Positions 11,065 through 23,600 of a stretch of DNA of 64,000 nucleotides are shown piece after piece. The notes under the pieces were generated by a model. The model saw only the letters and a list, made by a program, of their open reading frames with translations, was not told the DNA's origin and searched no databases. Both the position numbers and the translations under genes were made by a program. The stretch comes from Lingula anatina (Eukaryota > Animalia > Brachiopoda): assembly GCA_051362555.1 (NCBI GenBank), contig CM120644.1:24884534-24948533 (forward strand), in the 5' to 3' direction. Numbering within the stretch: position 1 is the first letter of the stretch; each line of letters opens with the position of its first letter.

Positions 11065-14000
11065 TGTAAGGTTTAGTTTACTTTTGTTGTGATTGAGGAG
11101 CCTAATGTCCGGCTCATCTAATGCACTCATTTGCATAAATGACAACTTTTCATTCAGGGTGGTGCCCTGTGAGTTTTGCACTTTGTTTCATTCATCACAG
11201 TGTCTCCGTAGGAGAAACACATAGTACTCTTACTTTTGAATCTGTTATTTCTACTTGAAATTTATAGTTTAAAGGAATGGCAGAAATGGTGAGTTTAATA
11301 CTGTTTATTGATTATTATTGATTATTTGTGATTTATTATTGGTGATAATTGAAATGTATAAGTTTTTTGAGTAAGTAAATTTGAACACGTAAATAACCGT
11401 TAGTAAGTACATTGTTATAATTTTCTTTTTTCTTTTCTTTTTTTTAGTTTTTACGTGTCTTGTGAATCCATGTGAATAAACCAAGATCCAGTGAAAAACA
11501 CATGCCTTTTCTTTGACTTTTATTTAACCTATATAACCCCTGCGTGTTATATAAAGTAAAAACATTTCTCAATCATCCCACGGAAATTTCCATCATGGCG
11601 TACCACGGCAGCTTACAAGGTTTCGGACTATCCCATAGACGATTCAGAACCAACAGTTTGCGTTCGGCATCGGAATCCCAAAGGACAAAAGCAGCACTCG
11701 CTATTGCTAATGCTCAGCTGGAATTCGAAGAAGCGGAAACCGCACTAAGGCGTCGGTATCGTGAGCAAGAGCTAAAAGACGAAATGCGAATGCTTTCCCT
11801 ACGAGCCCAGGTGAGACGGCGGGAAATTGAGGCTGAAATTCAGGAAGACGCATCTTTATCGGAACACAACTTCACGATTGACCGCTACTTTAATTCCATG
11901 GAAGAAGGTAACGTTGATACTATTGATGCACATAATCTGACAAATTCCGACCATGTTTCTCATCAACATATCAGTGCACAACAGCAACAGCAGAGTGAGC
12001 AACAGCGGTCACGCATGAATGCACATCACCCGCATTCCACGCAACAGCTTCAGCAATTAGGAGTGTCATATGAGACGGAGCCCACTCAACCGAAACCGAT
12101 GTCAAGGACAAATCAACCACAGCAGTTCCCTACGGCAGCCCAGTCGTCACAACCGTCACAGCTACCACAACCGTACATTGTGCCATCCTATACAGATCCA
12201 ACGATGACGTTAAACCCTCATGCAACGGAATATACACCTATGACGGCGCAGTCAATAGGTACGTCTACCATAGAGCAACAACGTCAGCTTACCATGAATG
12301 ACCAAGTAGCACACTTACTTCAACAACAACAACGAGCTTTACAAGAAATCACGCTGAACCAAGAAATGCCCAAACGTGAGTACTTGTATTTCAATGGTGA
12401 TCCGGTATCATACCCGACTTTCATAAGAAACTTTGAGACTAATATTGAACAAAGAGTACCAGACTTTAGAAGTAAACTGTCATACCTCATACAGTACTGC
12501 ACAGGTGAAGCCAAAGAAGCCATAAAAAGTTGTGTCATACTTGAACCAGAGGAAGGTTATTTCCAGGCTAGAAACATATTACAGACTCATTTTGGACAAA
12601 AACACATTATCATCAAAGCTATGTTGGAGAAAATAGTAACAGGTCCTCCCATTAAAGCATCAGACATTACACGACTCTCCAAGCTCTCAAGAGACATGAC
12701 TACGTGCCAAATGACAGCATCCAAGATGGGATACTATGAAGATTTGAATTCTATGGATACTCTGGAAAAAGTGGTCCGGCGATTACCGCAATATCTCCAA
12801 GCTGGATGGGCCAAACGTTCCGGAAAATTGTTGAATCAGTGGATTGAGGTCAAGTTCAAGGATCTCGCAGATTACCTGGAGGAAATGGTACAGATTGCCA
12901 ACACAAGGTTCGGACAATTGGTAGGATCCAAGCCGGATGTGAAACCTAAGTCAAAGGTCAGTTGTCACAACACGTCCTATAAGACCACTACCCTAGCCAC
13001 TAACGTTCACCCTGCCGAGAAAAGCAACTCCAACAAGTCCCAGCCATCGTCAGTCCAGAGAGACCCGTGTGTGTTTTGCTCTGGAAATCATACTATAAAG
13101 CAATGTTTCAAATTTGCTAGAATGAATTACAGCGATAGGAGAAATTTTGTGTCGGAAAACAAACTGTGTTTCAATTGTCTTCAGTCCAACCCTCCACACA
13201 CGGCGAGAACGTGTCAATGGAAACAATTGTGTCAAGTCCCTGGATGTGGCAAGCGACATCACGCGTTACTTCACCCACCCTGTGTACCTGCCAACAGCCC
13301 CGCACTGCAACGTGAGCCTGGTGCCAACGCTACGTCTGTTGTTACTGACCCCGTAGTTGCAGTCCAGAGTGCAGCGGTAGCGACAGGAAGAAGAATCAGT
13401 CTACAGATTGTCCCAGTGACCGTGAGCGACGGCAATGGTGGACCGATTATTGAAACTTATGCATTTCTAGACAGTGGATCTGATCACAGTTTATGTTTAC
13501 ACAGTTTAGCTGAAAAGTTAGGTGCCAGAGGGAAACCTATCCAGTACAGTGTCAGTACAGTTAACGATGAGAGTTGCGTAAACCAAGGACAAGAAGTACA
13601 GCTAGAAGTGAAAGCTATCAATAGCCAGCAAGGATTGATTCTAGATCAAGTTTGGACGACCGACAGACTACCGATCTGTGAAAAGAACATTCCAAATAAC
13701 TCCGACATTTCAGAGTGGAGCCATTTAAAAGATGTCCAACTGCCAGAGCTAGATGACAAAACAGTTACCATTCTCATCGGTAATGATCACCCTGAAGCTC
13801 ATTGGCGCATAGAAGAGAGACGAGGAGATAAGAAACAACCGTACGCGATCCGAACGATTTTAGGATGGACTATATTAGGTCCCATGAAAAGACCAAATGA
13901 TGGTGACGTCACGGTTAATTTCATTCATGCAGACCAGGTACTCGGATGTGACAATTCTCTGAGAGGCTGCGATTCCATTTCTATCCAACTATCCAAGATG

Positions 14001-17000
14001 TACAACAGTGAATTCAGTGAGTCTTCAGTCAGCAGCAAACAGTGCATGTCATTAGAAGATAGGAAAGCGAAGAGAATCATGGATGAGTCCGTGGTATTTG
14101 TTGACGGACATTACCAAGTTTCACTTCCTTGGAAGTCAGACGAGCTCTTACCCAATAATAAGCCAGCAGCTGAAAAGCGCTTGAATCTGCTCAAAAGACG
14201 TTTACAGCGTGACGAAAAACTACGAGAGAAGTATACTCAAGCTCTCCAGGAGTATATTGATAAAGGACACGCTCAGAAGATTGACCACAGAAATCTGCAT
14301 AACAACAGCAATTCTGTTTGGTACTTACCTCATCACCCTGTGATCAATTCAAAGAAGTCCAAAATTAGAGTTGTCTTCGATTGTGCAGCGAAATATGCAG
14401 GCGTTTCGCTGAATGATTCCTTGTTACAGGGTCCGGATTTAACCAATTCACTCATTGGAGTTCTCCTTAGATTCCGCCAGGAGAAGATAGCCATTGTTGC
14501 TGATATTGAACAAATGTATCATCAAGTGAGAGTGCACCCTGATGATCGTGATGCCTTACGATTCTTATGGTGGCCGGCAGGAGATCTCAGCAAACAACCT
14601 GAAGTACCAAGATGCTACAAATCACCTCAATTAGCAGATATTCAGTCCATTGAACTTCACCATTTTTCAGATGCCTCGTTATCCGGCTATGGCATTGTTT
14701 CCTACTTGCGATTTGTTGATATTAACCAGCAAGTATCTTGCAACATTGTCATGGGGAAATCACGTGTAGCGCCTCTGAAAACAGTGACTGTTCCACGAAT
14801 GGAGCTGACAGCAGCTACATTGTCTGCGAAAGTTCACAAACAAATGATGGAGGAGCTACAACTGCCCATTAATCGTTTTGTTTTCTGGACAGATTCTACG
14901 ATTGTGCTCCAGTACATTCGGAATTCCGCGACCAGATTCCACGTTTTTGTTGCCAATCGTCTACAAATGATACATGATGTTTCATCGCCATCGCAGTGGT
15001 ATCATGTTGATTCAGATCAGAACCCAGCAGATTACGCTTCGAGAGGAATACAGCTCAGAAGTGACAACGGTGATGACATACAGCGTTGGTTACATGGCCC
15101 AGCTTTCTTGTATCAGCCCGAGATACACTGGCCGAAACAACCAGATAATCTACATGAAATTCCAGAAAATGACAGAGAAATGAAACGTAAATCAGCTCAG
15201 ATACACGTCACTACGTCGTCGGAAGTATTGGACGGTGTAGAGCGATTGTTACATCATTTCTCATCGTGGTATACTTTACAGAAATCAGTTGCCTGGATTT
15301 TGCGTTTCAAACGCTACTTACTGTCACGCGTGAGACAATTGACAGTAGATAGAAACAATGGACCATTAACAGTACAGGAAATCGCGCTTGCTACTGATGC
15401 CATCGTGATGTATGTACAGGCAAAATCATTTCCCAAAGAGTGCAACGTTGTATCATCTGCAATGACCAAAAAACCCGATTCCAAGGGATACGTGAGCCCA
15501 TTGCGCAAGCTATCTCCGATCAAAATTGATGGGATTCTGTGTGTAGGAGGACGTCTCCAGAATGCAGCGATATCTACCTCACAGAAACACCCGAAAATTC
15601 TTCCGCATGATCATCACGTCACTGAAATCATTGTGCGACACTATCACATTAAAGAAGGACATGTGGGAGTATATCACGTGTTATCTGTGATACGTCAAGA
15701 ATTTTGGATAACGCGTGGATTGTCAACAGTGAAAAAAGTCATTCGCAAGTGCATGGTGTGCCGCAGATGGAATGCAGTTCCCAGCAGTCAAGTTATGGCC
15801 CCACTTCCAAGAAGTCGTGTGACACCAGGGAAGCCACCATTTCATTCAGTAGGTGTCGACTACTTTGGACCACTGTTAGTGAAATGCGGAAGACGAACAA
15901 ATAAGCGTTATGGTTGCATTTTTACGTGCATGGCGACTAGAGCAGTTCATTTGGAGATATCATATAATCTGTCATCAGACTCGTTCATTCAAGCAGTTTT
16001 GCGTTTCATTAGTCGGCGAGGACCGCCGTGTGAAATTTTCAGTGACAACGGGACCAATTTCACAGGTGCTGAAGCAGATCTAAAACGCATTTTACAGCAG
16101 TGGAATCAAGAAAAAATCAGTGATTCTCTGTTACGACGCAACATTCAGTGGTATTTCAATCCTCCAAATGCAAGCCACGCAGGTGGCGTATGGGAGCGTT
16201 TAATCAGATCAGTGCGGAAAATCATGCGTTCAGTCTTGGGAAATAGATTGGTGGATGACGAGACATTAATTACTGTACTTGCTGAAGTTGAGAAAATCAT
16301 GAATGATCGTCCGTTGATCCGCAAAGCAGACCATTATTACGAACTAGAAACTTTGTCACCAAATCAACTACTGTTGCTGCGTTCGAATCCCTGTTTGCCC
16401 GCTGACAATTTCACAGAACGTGATCAATATAATGAACAGTGGAAACACGCGCAGTTAATTGCAGACCAATTTTGGCAGCGATGGATTAAAGAATACTTGC
16501 CTGTGCTTCAAGAGCGTCAGAAATGGCTCCGACCAGCAAAGAACTTTGAAAAAGGTGACTTTGTTTTGCTTATTGATGAAAATGCCTTTCGTGGTCATTG
16601 GCCTAAAGGATTGATAGAGGAAACTTTTCCTGATAAATACGGACATGTGCGCCAGGTGATTGTTAAAACAGCCAAGGGACGCTTTCGCCGTGATGTGCGA
16701 AAATTGTGTTTATTGGAAGGAAATTTTGTTTAATGTGCAATGCATTTAAGTGACAATGACTTTATAGGACATTTTTTGAGTAAATTAAATAGTGTTTATA
16801 TTTGATTAGAAAGGCTATTTTGAATCTTGATTAAATCGCCTTTCGGTGGCCGGTATGTAAGGTTTAGTTTACTTTTGTTGTGATTGAGGAGCCTAATGTC
16901 CGGCTCATCTAATGCACTCATTTGCATAAATGACAACTTTTCATTCAGGGTGGTGCCCTGTGAGTTTTGCACTTTGTTTCATTCATCACAGTGTCTCCGT

Positions 17001-17342
17001 AGGAGAAACACATAGTACTCTTACTTTTGAATCTGTTATTTCTACTTGAAATTTATAGTTTAAAGGAATGGCAGAAATGGTGAGTTTAATACTGTTTATT
17101 GATTATTATTGATTATTTGTGATTTATTATTGGTGATAATTGAAATGTATAAGTTTTTTGAGTAAGTAAATTTGAACACGTAAATAACCGTTAGTAAGTA
17201 CATTGTTATAATTTTCTTTTTTCTTTTCTTTTTTTTAGTTTTTACGTGTCTTGTGAATCCATGTGAATAAACCAAGATCCAGTGAAAAACACATGCCTTT
17301 TCTTTGACTTTTATTTAACCTATATAACCCCTGCGTGTTATA
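11065..17342 (+). mobile_element. Bel/Pao LTR retrotransposon, recent insertion, RT-deleted
   Basis: 487-bp LTRs at 11065-11551 and 16856-17342 with no difference seen by eye. 5-bp TSD AAAGG (11060-11064, 17343-17347). GGTGGCCGG tract just before the 3' LTR. One gag-pol ORF. Confidence 0.96.
11595..16733 (+). CDS. Bel/Pao Gag-Pol polyprotein (Gag, three zinc knuckles, protease, partial RT, RNase H, integrase)
   Basis: FNGDPVSYPTF...KLSYL (Gag); CVFC/CFNC/CQVPGC knuckles; FLDSGS protease; YLPHHPV, RVVFD, ADIEQMY (RT start); HHFSDAS, PRMEL, WTDS, NPAD (RNase H); GVDYFGP, SDNGTNF, GGVWER (integrase). Likely start is the ATG at 11595, within the tracked ORF from 11544. Confidence 0.95.
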   Translation: MAYHGSLQGFGLSHRRFRTNSLRSASESQRTKAALAIANAQLEFEEAETALRRRYREQELKDEMRMLSLRAQVRRREIEAEIQEDASLSEHNFTIDRYFNSMEEGNVDTIDAHNLTNSDHVSHQHISAQQQQQSEQQRSRMNAHHPHSTQQLQQLGVSYETEPTQPKPMSRTNQPQQFPTAAQSSQPSQLPQPYIVPSYTDPTMTLNPHATEYTPMTAQSIGTSTIEQQRQLTMNDQVAHLLQQQQRALQEITLNQEMPKREYLYFNGDPVSYPTFIRNFETNIEQRVPDFRSKLSYLIQYCTGEAKEAIKSCVILEPEEGYFQARNILQTHFGQKHIIIKAMLEKIVTGPPIKASDITRLSKLSRDMTTCQMTASKMGYYEDLNSMDTLEKVVRRLPQYLQAGWAKRSGKLLNQWIEVKFKDLADYLEEMVQIANTRFGQLVGSKPDVKPKSKVSCHNTSYKTTTLATNVHPAEKSNSNKSQPSSVQRDPCVFCSGNHTIKQCFKFARMNYSDRRNFVSENKLCFNCLQSNPPHTARTCQWKQLCQVPGCGKRHHALLHPPCVPANSPALQREPGANATSVVTDPVVAVQSAAVATGRRISLQIVPVTVSDGNGGPIIETYAFLDSGSDHSLCLHSLAEKLGARGKPIQYSVSTVNDESCVNQGQEVQLEVKAINSQQGLILDQVWTTDRLPICEKNIPNNSDISEWSHLKDVQLPELDDKTVTILIGNDHPEAHWRIEERRGDKKQPYAIRTILGWTILGPMKRPNDGDVTVNFIHADQVLGCDNSLRGCDSISIQLSKMYNSEFSESSVSSKQCMSLEDRKAKRIMDESVVFVDGHYQVSLPWKSDELLPNNKPAAEKRLNLLKRRLQRDEKLREKYTQALQEYIDKGHAQKIDHRNLHNNSNSVWYLPHHPVINSKKSKIRVVFDCAAKYAGVSLNDSLLQGPDLTNSLIGVLLRFRQEKIAIVADIEQMYHQVRVHPDDRDALRFLWWPAGDLSKQPEVPRCYKSPQLADIQSIELHHFSDASLSGYGIVSYLRFVDINQQVSCNIVMGKSRVAPLKTVTVPRMELTAATLSAKVHKQMMEELQLPINRFVFWTDSTIVLQYIRNSATRFHVFVANRLQMIHDVSSPSQWYHVDSDQNPADYASRGIQLRSDNGDDIQRWLHGPAFLYQPEIHWPKQPDNLHEIPENDREMKRKSAQIHVTTSSEVLDGVERLLHHFSSWYTLQKSVAWILRFKRYLLSRVRQLTVDRNNGPLTVQEIALATDAIVMYVQAKSFPKECNVVSSAMTKKPDSKGYVSPLRKLSPIKIDGILCVGGRLQNAAISTSQKHPKILPHDHHVTEIIVRHYHIKEGHVGVYHVLSVIRQEFWITRGLSTVKKVIRKCMVCRRWNAVPSSQVMAPLPRSRVTPGKPPFHSVGVDYFGPLLVKCGRRTNKRYGCIFTCMATRAVHLEISYNLSSDSFIQAVLRFISRRGPPCEIFSDNGTNFTGAEADLKRILQQWNQEKISDSLLRRNIQWYFNPPNASHAGGVWERLIRSVRKIMRSVLGNRLVDDETLITVLAEVEKIMNDRPLIRKADHYYELETLSPNQLLLLRSNPCLPADNFTERDQYNEQWKHAQLIADQFWQRWIKEYLPVLQERQKWLRPAKNFEKGDFVLLIDENAFRGHWPKGLIEETFPDKYGHVRQVIVKTAKGRFRRDVRKLCLLEGNFV

Positions 17343-17347
17343 AAAGG

Positions 17348-18444
17348 ATTCAGATTCTTTATTGACAAACACCTTCACATAAAGGTACAATCAATTACAA
17401 TACTAGTAACTATAACATAGAACAGACAAATAAATAAATAAATATATATGTAGATTAGAATATGGTTGACACCAATGACTATACAAATGGATACGTATGT
17501 CGCGTTTCAAAATCAGTTTACCAGGTTTGATCTACACGCCCAGTCTCTGCTGACAGCGCTTAACGGGTCTAACACTGGTATCATGATTTGGTTTGGACAT
17601 GCGCAGAAAGACTTACTCTCTTCTCCATGCATTTCTGTACAAATATGAGGAGGGGCGTAATCACATCCATTTCTTTTGTGCTCATGATGTATATAAACAT
17701 ATCCAGGGGGGAAAGGGCATTGGTACTACAGAGGAAACTTATATTTTCGAAGAAGGTTGCCCGTAATTCTTAATAGGCCTCGCATTTCAGAATAAAATGC
17801 ACTTCATCTTCAACCTCTCCGGAATTACATATTTGACATAATCTTAGATGGGGCGGGGTTGGGGGTTTACTGTACCTCCCCTTCTCGATATGGAGTGAGT
17901 GAGCGCTGATTCTTAGTTTACAAAACATAGCCCTCCGCGCTTTATCAAAGGTCAGCACATAATTTTCGGTCTTAAAATGCTTCTTGTATTTTGTATATGT
18001 TCTCAGTTTGCTACTTTCCTTAATTGCCTCCCCCCATTGAAGGTCATACACTTTCTCGAGAGAGACTCGGATGTTTTTTGTTGAGACATTATTCAGTTTG
18101 GCTAATGGTCTATCCCAACACTCGACTTCGCCACTAAGTTGGAGTATTTGTTTTATTCCAAGGGACCAGGCACCACCTTTACTTTCAAATCTGTCTGTGT
18201 CAAGGGCTAAGGTGGCCAGGGATTCTTTACCCATAAAGTTAAGCTTATTGAGGTGAAACCAGTATTTTGTTGCCAGGGCAAGCATATGAATTTACACTGG
18301 ATAGCTTCCTAATTCCCCTCTGGTTGCTAGATTAGATGCCTTCCTGTGGACCCCCAGGATTGTTTTACAGGCTTTAATGTGGACATCTTCAGCAGGTGGT
18401 CTGTCACAACTTTCCAGGAGGTTATTCATGCTAGACGAAAATAG
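17348..18444 (-). mobile_element. 3' part of an RTEX-like LINE (ORF2 C-terminus, 3' UTR, tail)
   Basis: KLRTY...RISAHSLHIEKGRY...CQIC..VEDEVHFILKC. Upstream KTILGVHRKASNLATRGELG, followed by one stop. On the - strand AATAAA is followed by GAATCTGAATC next to the LTR element's TSD. Confidence 0.85.
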
Positions 18445-20654
18445 TCTCATAAAAATCTATTTCTCGAATTCTGAAGATTCAGCACTCAATCTATACACCA
18501 GAGGTATGTTTTAATCGATCCCCGCCATTTAAAAATTATAAAAAACAATTAATTAGTAGAAAAAAGTGTTTTAGTAAACCTCACCTCAATATGCATAAAT
18601 GAAGCAACAGATCTGGGTCACGTGGTACTGTGACGACAATCACGATAAAGGACTATGAGACTCAACTGAGCTGCATGGTGCATACAGACGGAGAAGTTAA
18701 GGAAAGTTGTGTTGAACGGAGTTGAGGAATTTTCGTTATGCCTCGGTGTTTTGCCGTGTGATTCACCAAAATTGCAGCTCTCGTTGACAATCTTTCTTTG
18801 TCTGTGACGGTCTTCCGTGACTTACTTACTAACTTCGGTGACAGTAGTTGCGATGCTCTAGATCATGGTCACCTCAGGTGGTTTAGATCATATCAAGAGC
18901 TGGTAGTCTTTCAGATTAACTGTCATCAGTTGGCAAACTTACTGATTGCTGATGCATTTTAAATGCATTGTAGTTTACCAAAAGCTCGTTTACAACAAAC
19001 CTGTTAATTATGCACCGCTGCACTTCCCAACCCAGGTAATAACAGGTATCAAAATCGTCTTGGTGGGCTTTCATATTTTTCAAAATATCTCATTTATTTC
19101 ATGGGGTGATTTTATTGGTATTTGTAAATGACGTTTAATATCAATATTTAAACAATGGAGTTCAAACACCGTCGCGAACATTAATAAAAGTAATTGCTCT
19201 CAGGGTAACTTGAAGCATGCGTATGCCCAGGCATTATTTCCGTGGAAGAAAACGTGTTGAAGAACAAACAGAAAAAAAGAGCGGTATATTAAACAAAAAA
19301 ATAGGAACTTCTGTACTAAAATGGTTCGTAATTCTAATTCGTTTATGCTTTGAGGATTTGTTTCTGAAGGTTATTTCATCTGAAGTATAAAATAATTTAA
19401 AAGATTTATCATTTTATACCTTGAAATACAAGTTCTGCGTCTGTACACAGAACTTTTTGCAAATTTGTATGCTTTGTCAAACCCAAAAACATGTAGCAGA
19501 TCAAGGTAAAAGAGCATTGTTTGCTATAAGTAGCATGGGAAAATCGTTACTTGAATGTTTACTAAATGTGCAGTTTTACATACGTGAGTATAAAAAATCA
19601 AAAAATTCCAAGCACGCACAGGAAAATGTAGACTAACGCAAAACATCAAGAACAGCGTAATCTCAGCAAATGTGTCCCATATAGTAGCTTAATTTCCATT
19701 AATAATAAAATCATCATTTAAGTCAAAAATTTTCTGTCGATTTAATAAATGTTCTAATTTATCCAGAACGGTATATTTATTTAAGAGGAGGCTAACTGAA
19801 ATATGGTTTTATTATTTGTTTATTTTGTATTTGAAAATTGCCCATGTCACCCTGTTAATTAGAAGGTCTAAGCTGGATCAAGTCCGTGCTAAAATTCCTA
19901 TGCAGCTGTGCAGGAAAAATTCTTCCTTTGTTTCTCTAGCTCCTCAATAAACCCGGTGTTCAGATTTTACCTAGTACCCCCAGGTCTGCGGGAGCTGCTC
20001 TTTGAAACTAAAGCACAGGTAGATTTTTACCTGAGATAAATATCGCCAGCCATTTAACCCTCTAATTAAGAGGTAAAGGAAGTTCCAGTTCGATGGATGA
20101 TTAAGATAGGACTTGTAAAGGTAACGGGCATTGTTTACCTCAGTTTAAGAAAAGTATGCAAGACTTTAATAAAATTAATTGAATTTCACAAATAACATGG
20201 CCCTCATATGCAAAAATCCACAGTACCCTTTACTCATTCAAATGCAGTGTTTTATACAACTTGGGATAACCATAATTAAATGCTCGTCAAAGAATAAACT
20301 AGACGGGAATGGTTTTACACAGCTTCATGAGGATTTAGATCCCTCGGGTAAGAGATTTGAAAGAGTATTAACTTTTATCAGAAGCCAGAGAAGTCATCTT
20401 ACAGGTAGACAATGCAGCTCAGTTTGACAGCTAAGCACGCTCTGTTCTCCAGTGGCTCGATTGTCGTCATTGGAACACGTGACCACGTAGCTCATTAACT
20501 CCCAGGCCGAGCAAATCGGACGTTTTTTAAAGCCAAAAATTTACAAAATGAGCTTTTAATTTGTGTATTTGGATAAAGATATCGTTAGTTGGACATGTTT
20601 TCTGAAGAATATGTTCCGTTCAGGCCATTCTGACGGCAAGACGCAAATCCTTTA
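18445..20654 (+). mobile_element. Non-autonomous DNA element with imperfect subterminal inverted repeats, possibly Kolobok-like
   Basis: Three inverted pairs between 18615-18680 and 20412-20485: ggtcacgtg/cacgtgacc, tgacgacaatc/gattgtcgtca and aactgagctgcat/atgcagctcagtt. A decayed THAP-like start (MPRCFAV*) lies near 18738. The ends are unresolved. Confidence 0.45.
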
Positions 20655-23600
20655 TAGTCGAGTTGCCACTCCCATAGGCCCAATAGTCGAACCCTGCAAT
20701 GTTCTTTCCTGTAAACTTTTTTTGCTGAAATGCATTCTTCAGGCCGAGAGAAGCAAAATTAGCTTGGTTGCTATTTCCCAGACCTTGAGCATTTTTAAAT
20801 ATGGCCGTCAATTTATGAGGAAAAATAGAAAAACGACCAAAAGTCGCCGGGTAAACTTTATTGACAGCTTTTTTGAACGTGTATCCTATCAGGAGAGCAC
20901 AACAGTACTAGTGAATGAGCTTAATCGCGTACCACTTAGAAAAAAAAAATGGCCGTCAAAACATAAGGCAGAAAATGATAAAAGTTGCAGAATCAGTTTG
21001 TTTTTTTGCATATTTAGTTTTATTAAAACCATATCCCCTTTTTATATTTATGTTAATTATAATATTTTGTTAGTCATGACCCTAAACTCTTTGAATAAGC
21101 TTATCTGACAGTTCAATACCCCCAAGAGTCTGTTTTCTACTTCCCTGTGTCCCATAGTCAAAAACTTATTATGTTATTCCCTGAAATTTTTAAAAGAATT
21201 TAATACTTTGGGGTATAAAAAACAATTTAATTTGGACTTTCTTGGCAGTGGCCACATACGGAACATTGATCAATTTTCAAAATTCAAGATGGCCGTCAAT
21301 AATATAAAAATATATTAAAGTATCATTATATTATGAATAAATAATTATGTTACATAGCAAAGAGCCAGGTTTAAAGTGCATGGCATTCCGCATTTCAAAT
21401 GACCGCTAAAACATGCCCAAAAAGGTAAATAAAGCAGTTAAATTACGTTTTAAACTGGTAATGTGGGGTATAATATATATCAAACCCTTTTATTTATTGA
21501 CAAAGTGCACTTGTAAGGTACAGTTATGCTAAGACTCTATAAAAGAGAATCATTGATAGGACTGACCATTACGTAAGTTCCCTTTTTAATACAAGCTTAA
21601 TCTGGTGAAAAGTTTATCAAGGGCCAACGGGGGGTTCTGCAGGAATATGGGCACAGGGAGTCCAAAATATTAATCTGCAATCGGGACTCTTATATTTACA
21701 TGTAGTCCAACCAAGTCCGTTGGTAGGGGGAGGGGAGTAATTTAAATTAATTTTTGTCAAAATATTAACCTTATTATTTTTTTCGTTTTTGTTTTTATAT
21801 TGATCATAACTTAATATTTTGATTTTAAATCTTTATCATAATTTTTTCAGTACGTACATAAAATTTAGCTTTAAAACTTCCCATTCTTTTTATTGAGATT
21901 GACACGTGTAAGAATATTTCATCAGCATATAACAGCATTTCTAGTTTTTCTTATTACTGCACTTTTTTCACTTTACATTTTAAAGAGTCAATAAACAAAA
22001 CATCTTATAAATCTTTTGGTTATATACTGACAGCCATTAAACCTCTGAGGCCATATTTTTCAAAATAATTGTTATTTTGAAGCTCTAAACTGGATTAGTT
22101 TCATATGAATCATTTGTTTAGGTCATTGGTGTACAGAACCAAAAATCTTAAGTTTCATGAATGGTTTCAAAACAAAAATGGCACCAGCGCAACACAAAGT
22201 CACTACGGTCAATAGCCGGTACGATCTCCGCTTGCTTCGATGCAGGCGGCGATCTGTTGGCGCATGATCGGGCAATAAATGTGGATGGGATGGTGTCGTG
22301 CGGAATCCTATTCCAGCCTTGTCGTAGTGCCTGGATCAGCTGCTGCCTTGGCCAACGGACGGCAAAGATATTAGTAGTACCACAAGTGTTCAATCGGATT
22401 CATATCCGGAGAATAGAAAGGCCGGGGTAGGACATCCACCGTTTGGACTCCATACCCTTGGATCATTTGTGCCGAATGTGAACGGGTCTTGTCCTGTTGG
22501 GAAACGATGATATCAGTTTTCTGCTGCATGAACGATCTATGTAGTGACGAGCAGTTACTGGTATGTTGCCACCAACGACCACCATCGGTTGACCGCCAGC
22601 AAGCGTCTACGCATAGTTGGGCTGCTGCTCCGGTTGTTGTTCCTGCCGGGTGCTTCTTGTGCTGTACGACTGGCATGGCGAAATTTGTCCCGCAGCTGAT
22701 GCAACCTGATGTAGCGATCCTGGTCTGGAGTTGACACTCTCTCACCCTGGCTGCGGTATATCGCTAACAGAGCCTGGCATGTTGTGGCATTCAACCAGGT
22801 TCCTGATCGTGGGGTAGGAACAGCCCATATATTATAGCTCAACTCAGACCCCCCTCACAACCAGTGGCCAGAGATGTACGTTGTTCACATGAGAGACATG
22901 GCATGATTCCGTTCACTGGACCAACAACATGGGTGGCCTTTTTTGGGCCTTTATAGGCCTCCAAAACCAATCCTCAAAATGTGCAGATGCCCACTGATTA
23001 TTGCTCAATGTGTATTTGGTCCATTTTCGCAAAAAAAGAAACTTAGCAACATGACAACTCATCATTATCTTAACTACCCGGGCACTAAGTCATCAATAAA
23101 TCCACAATGAATAATTTCACTTACCCTACAAGTAGAAAAATGTATACATTCCTATCTCAAAGCTTCCATTATCTGTAAGTACATGTATATATTGGCACAA
23201 CATTTCAAATACATGATGTCGATGGGTAGCCCTCGCATATCGCCGAACTATATCACGTTGTTAAGAATAACTGACCTCAGTGGGCCCTAACCGCTGGGTT
23301 TGTATACCCCTGCTTGGATCTTGATTATTTATAACAAAATTCATTATTAAACAACAAAAATGCCTTTCCCCATAGGTGTTAAAATATTTAAAAAGTTTAC
23401 AAAAAAAAAAAAAAAAAAAAAGGATAAGAATAATCCAACCTGAAGAAAACTGTTTTTACGCCTTTTTTTATTTCAATATAATTTAGTTTACACATACTAG
23501 AATGATAATGCCTTTCATTAAATCATCCACAATGTAATATTTGATTTAAAATGAAAAACTAGTTGCCAGGACTGAGATATCCGCAATCAATGTTTGGTTT

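Noticed and set aside
20563-21108. 181-aa ORF with a near-identical partner at 24299-24559
   Set aside because: They are the two inverted arms of the Academ-like element and show no protein motif.
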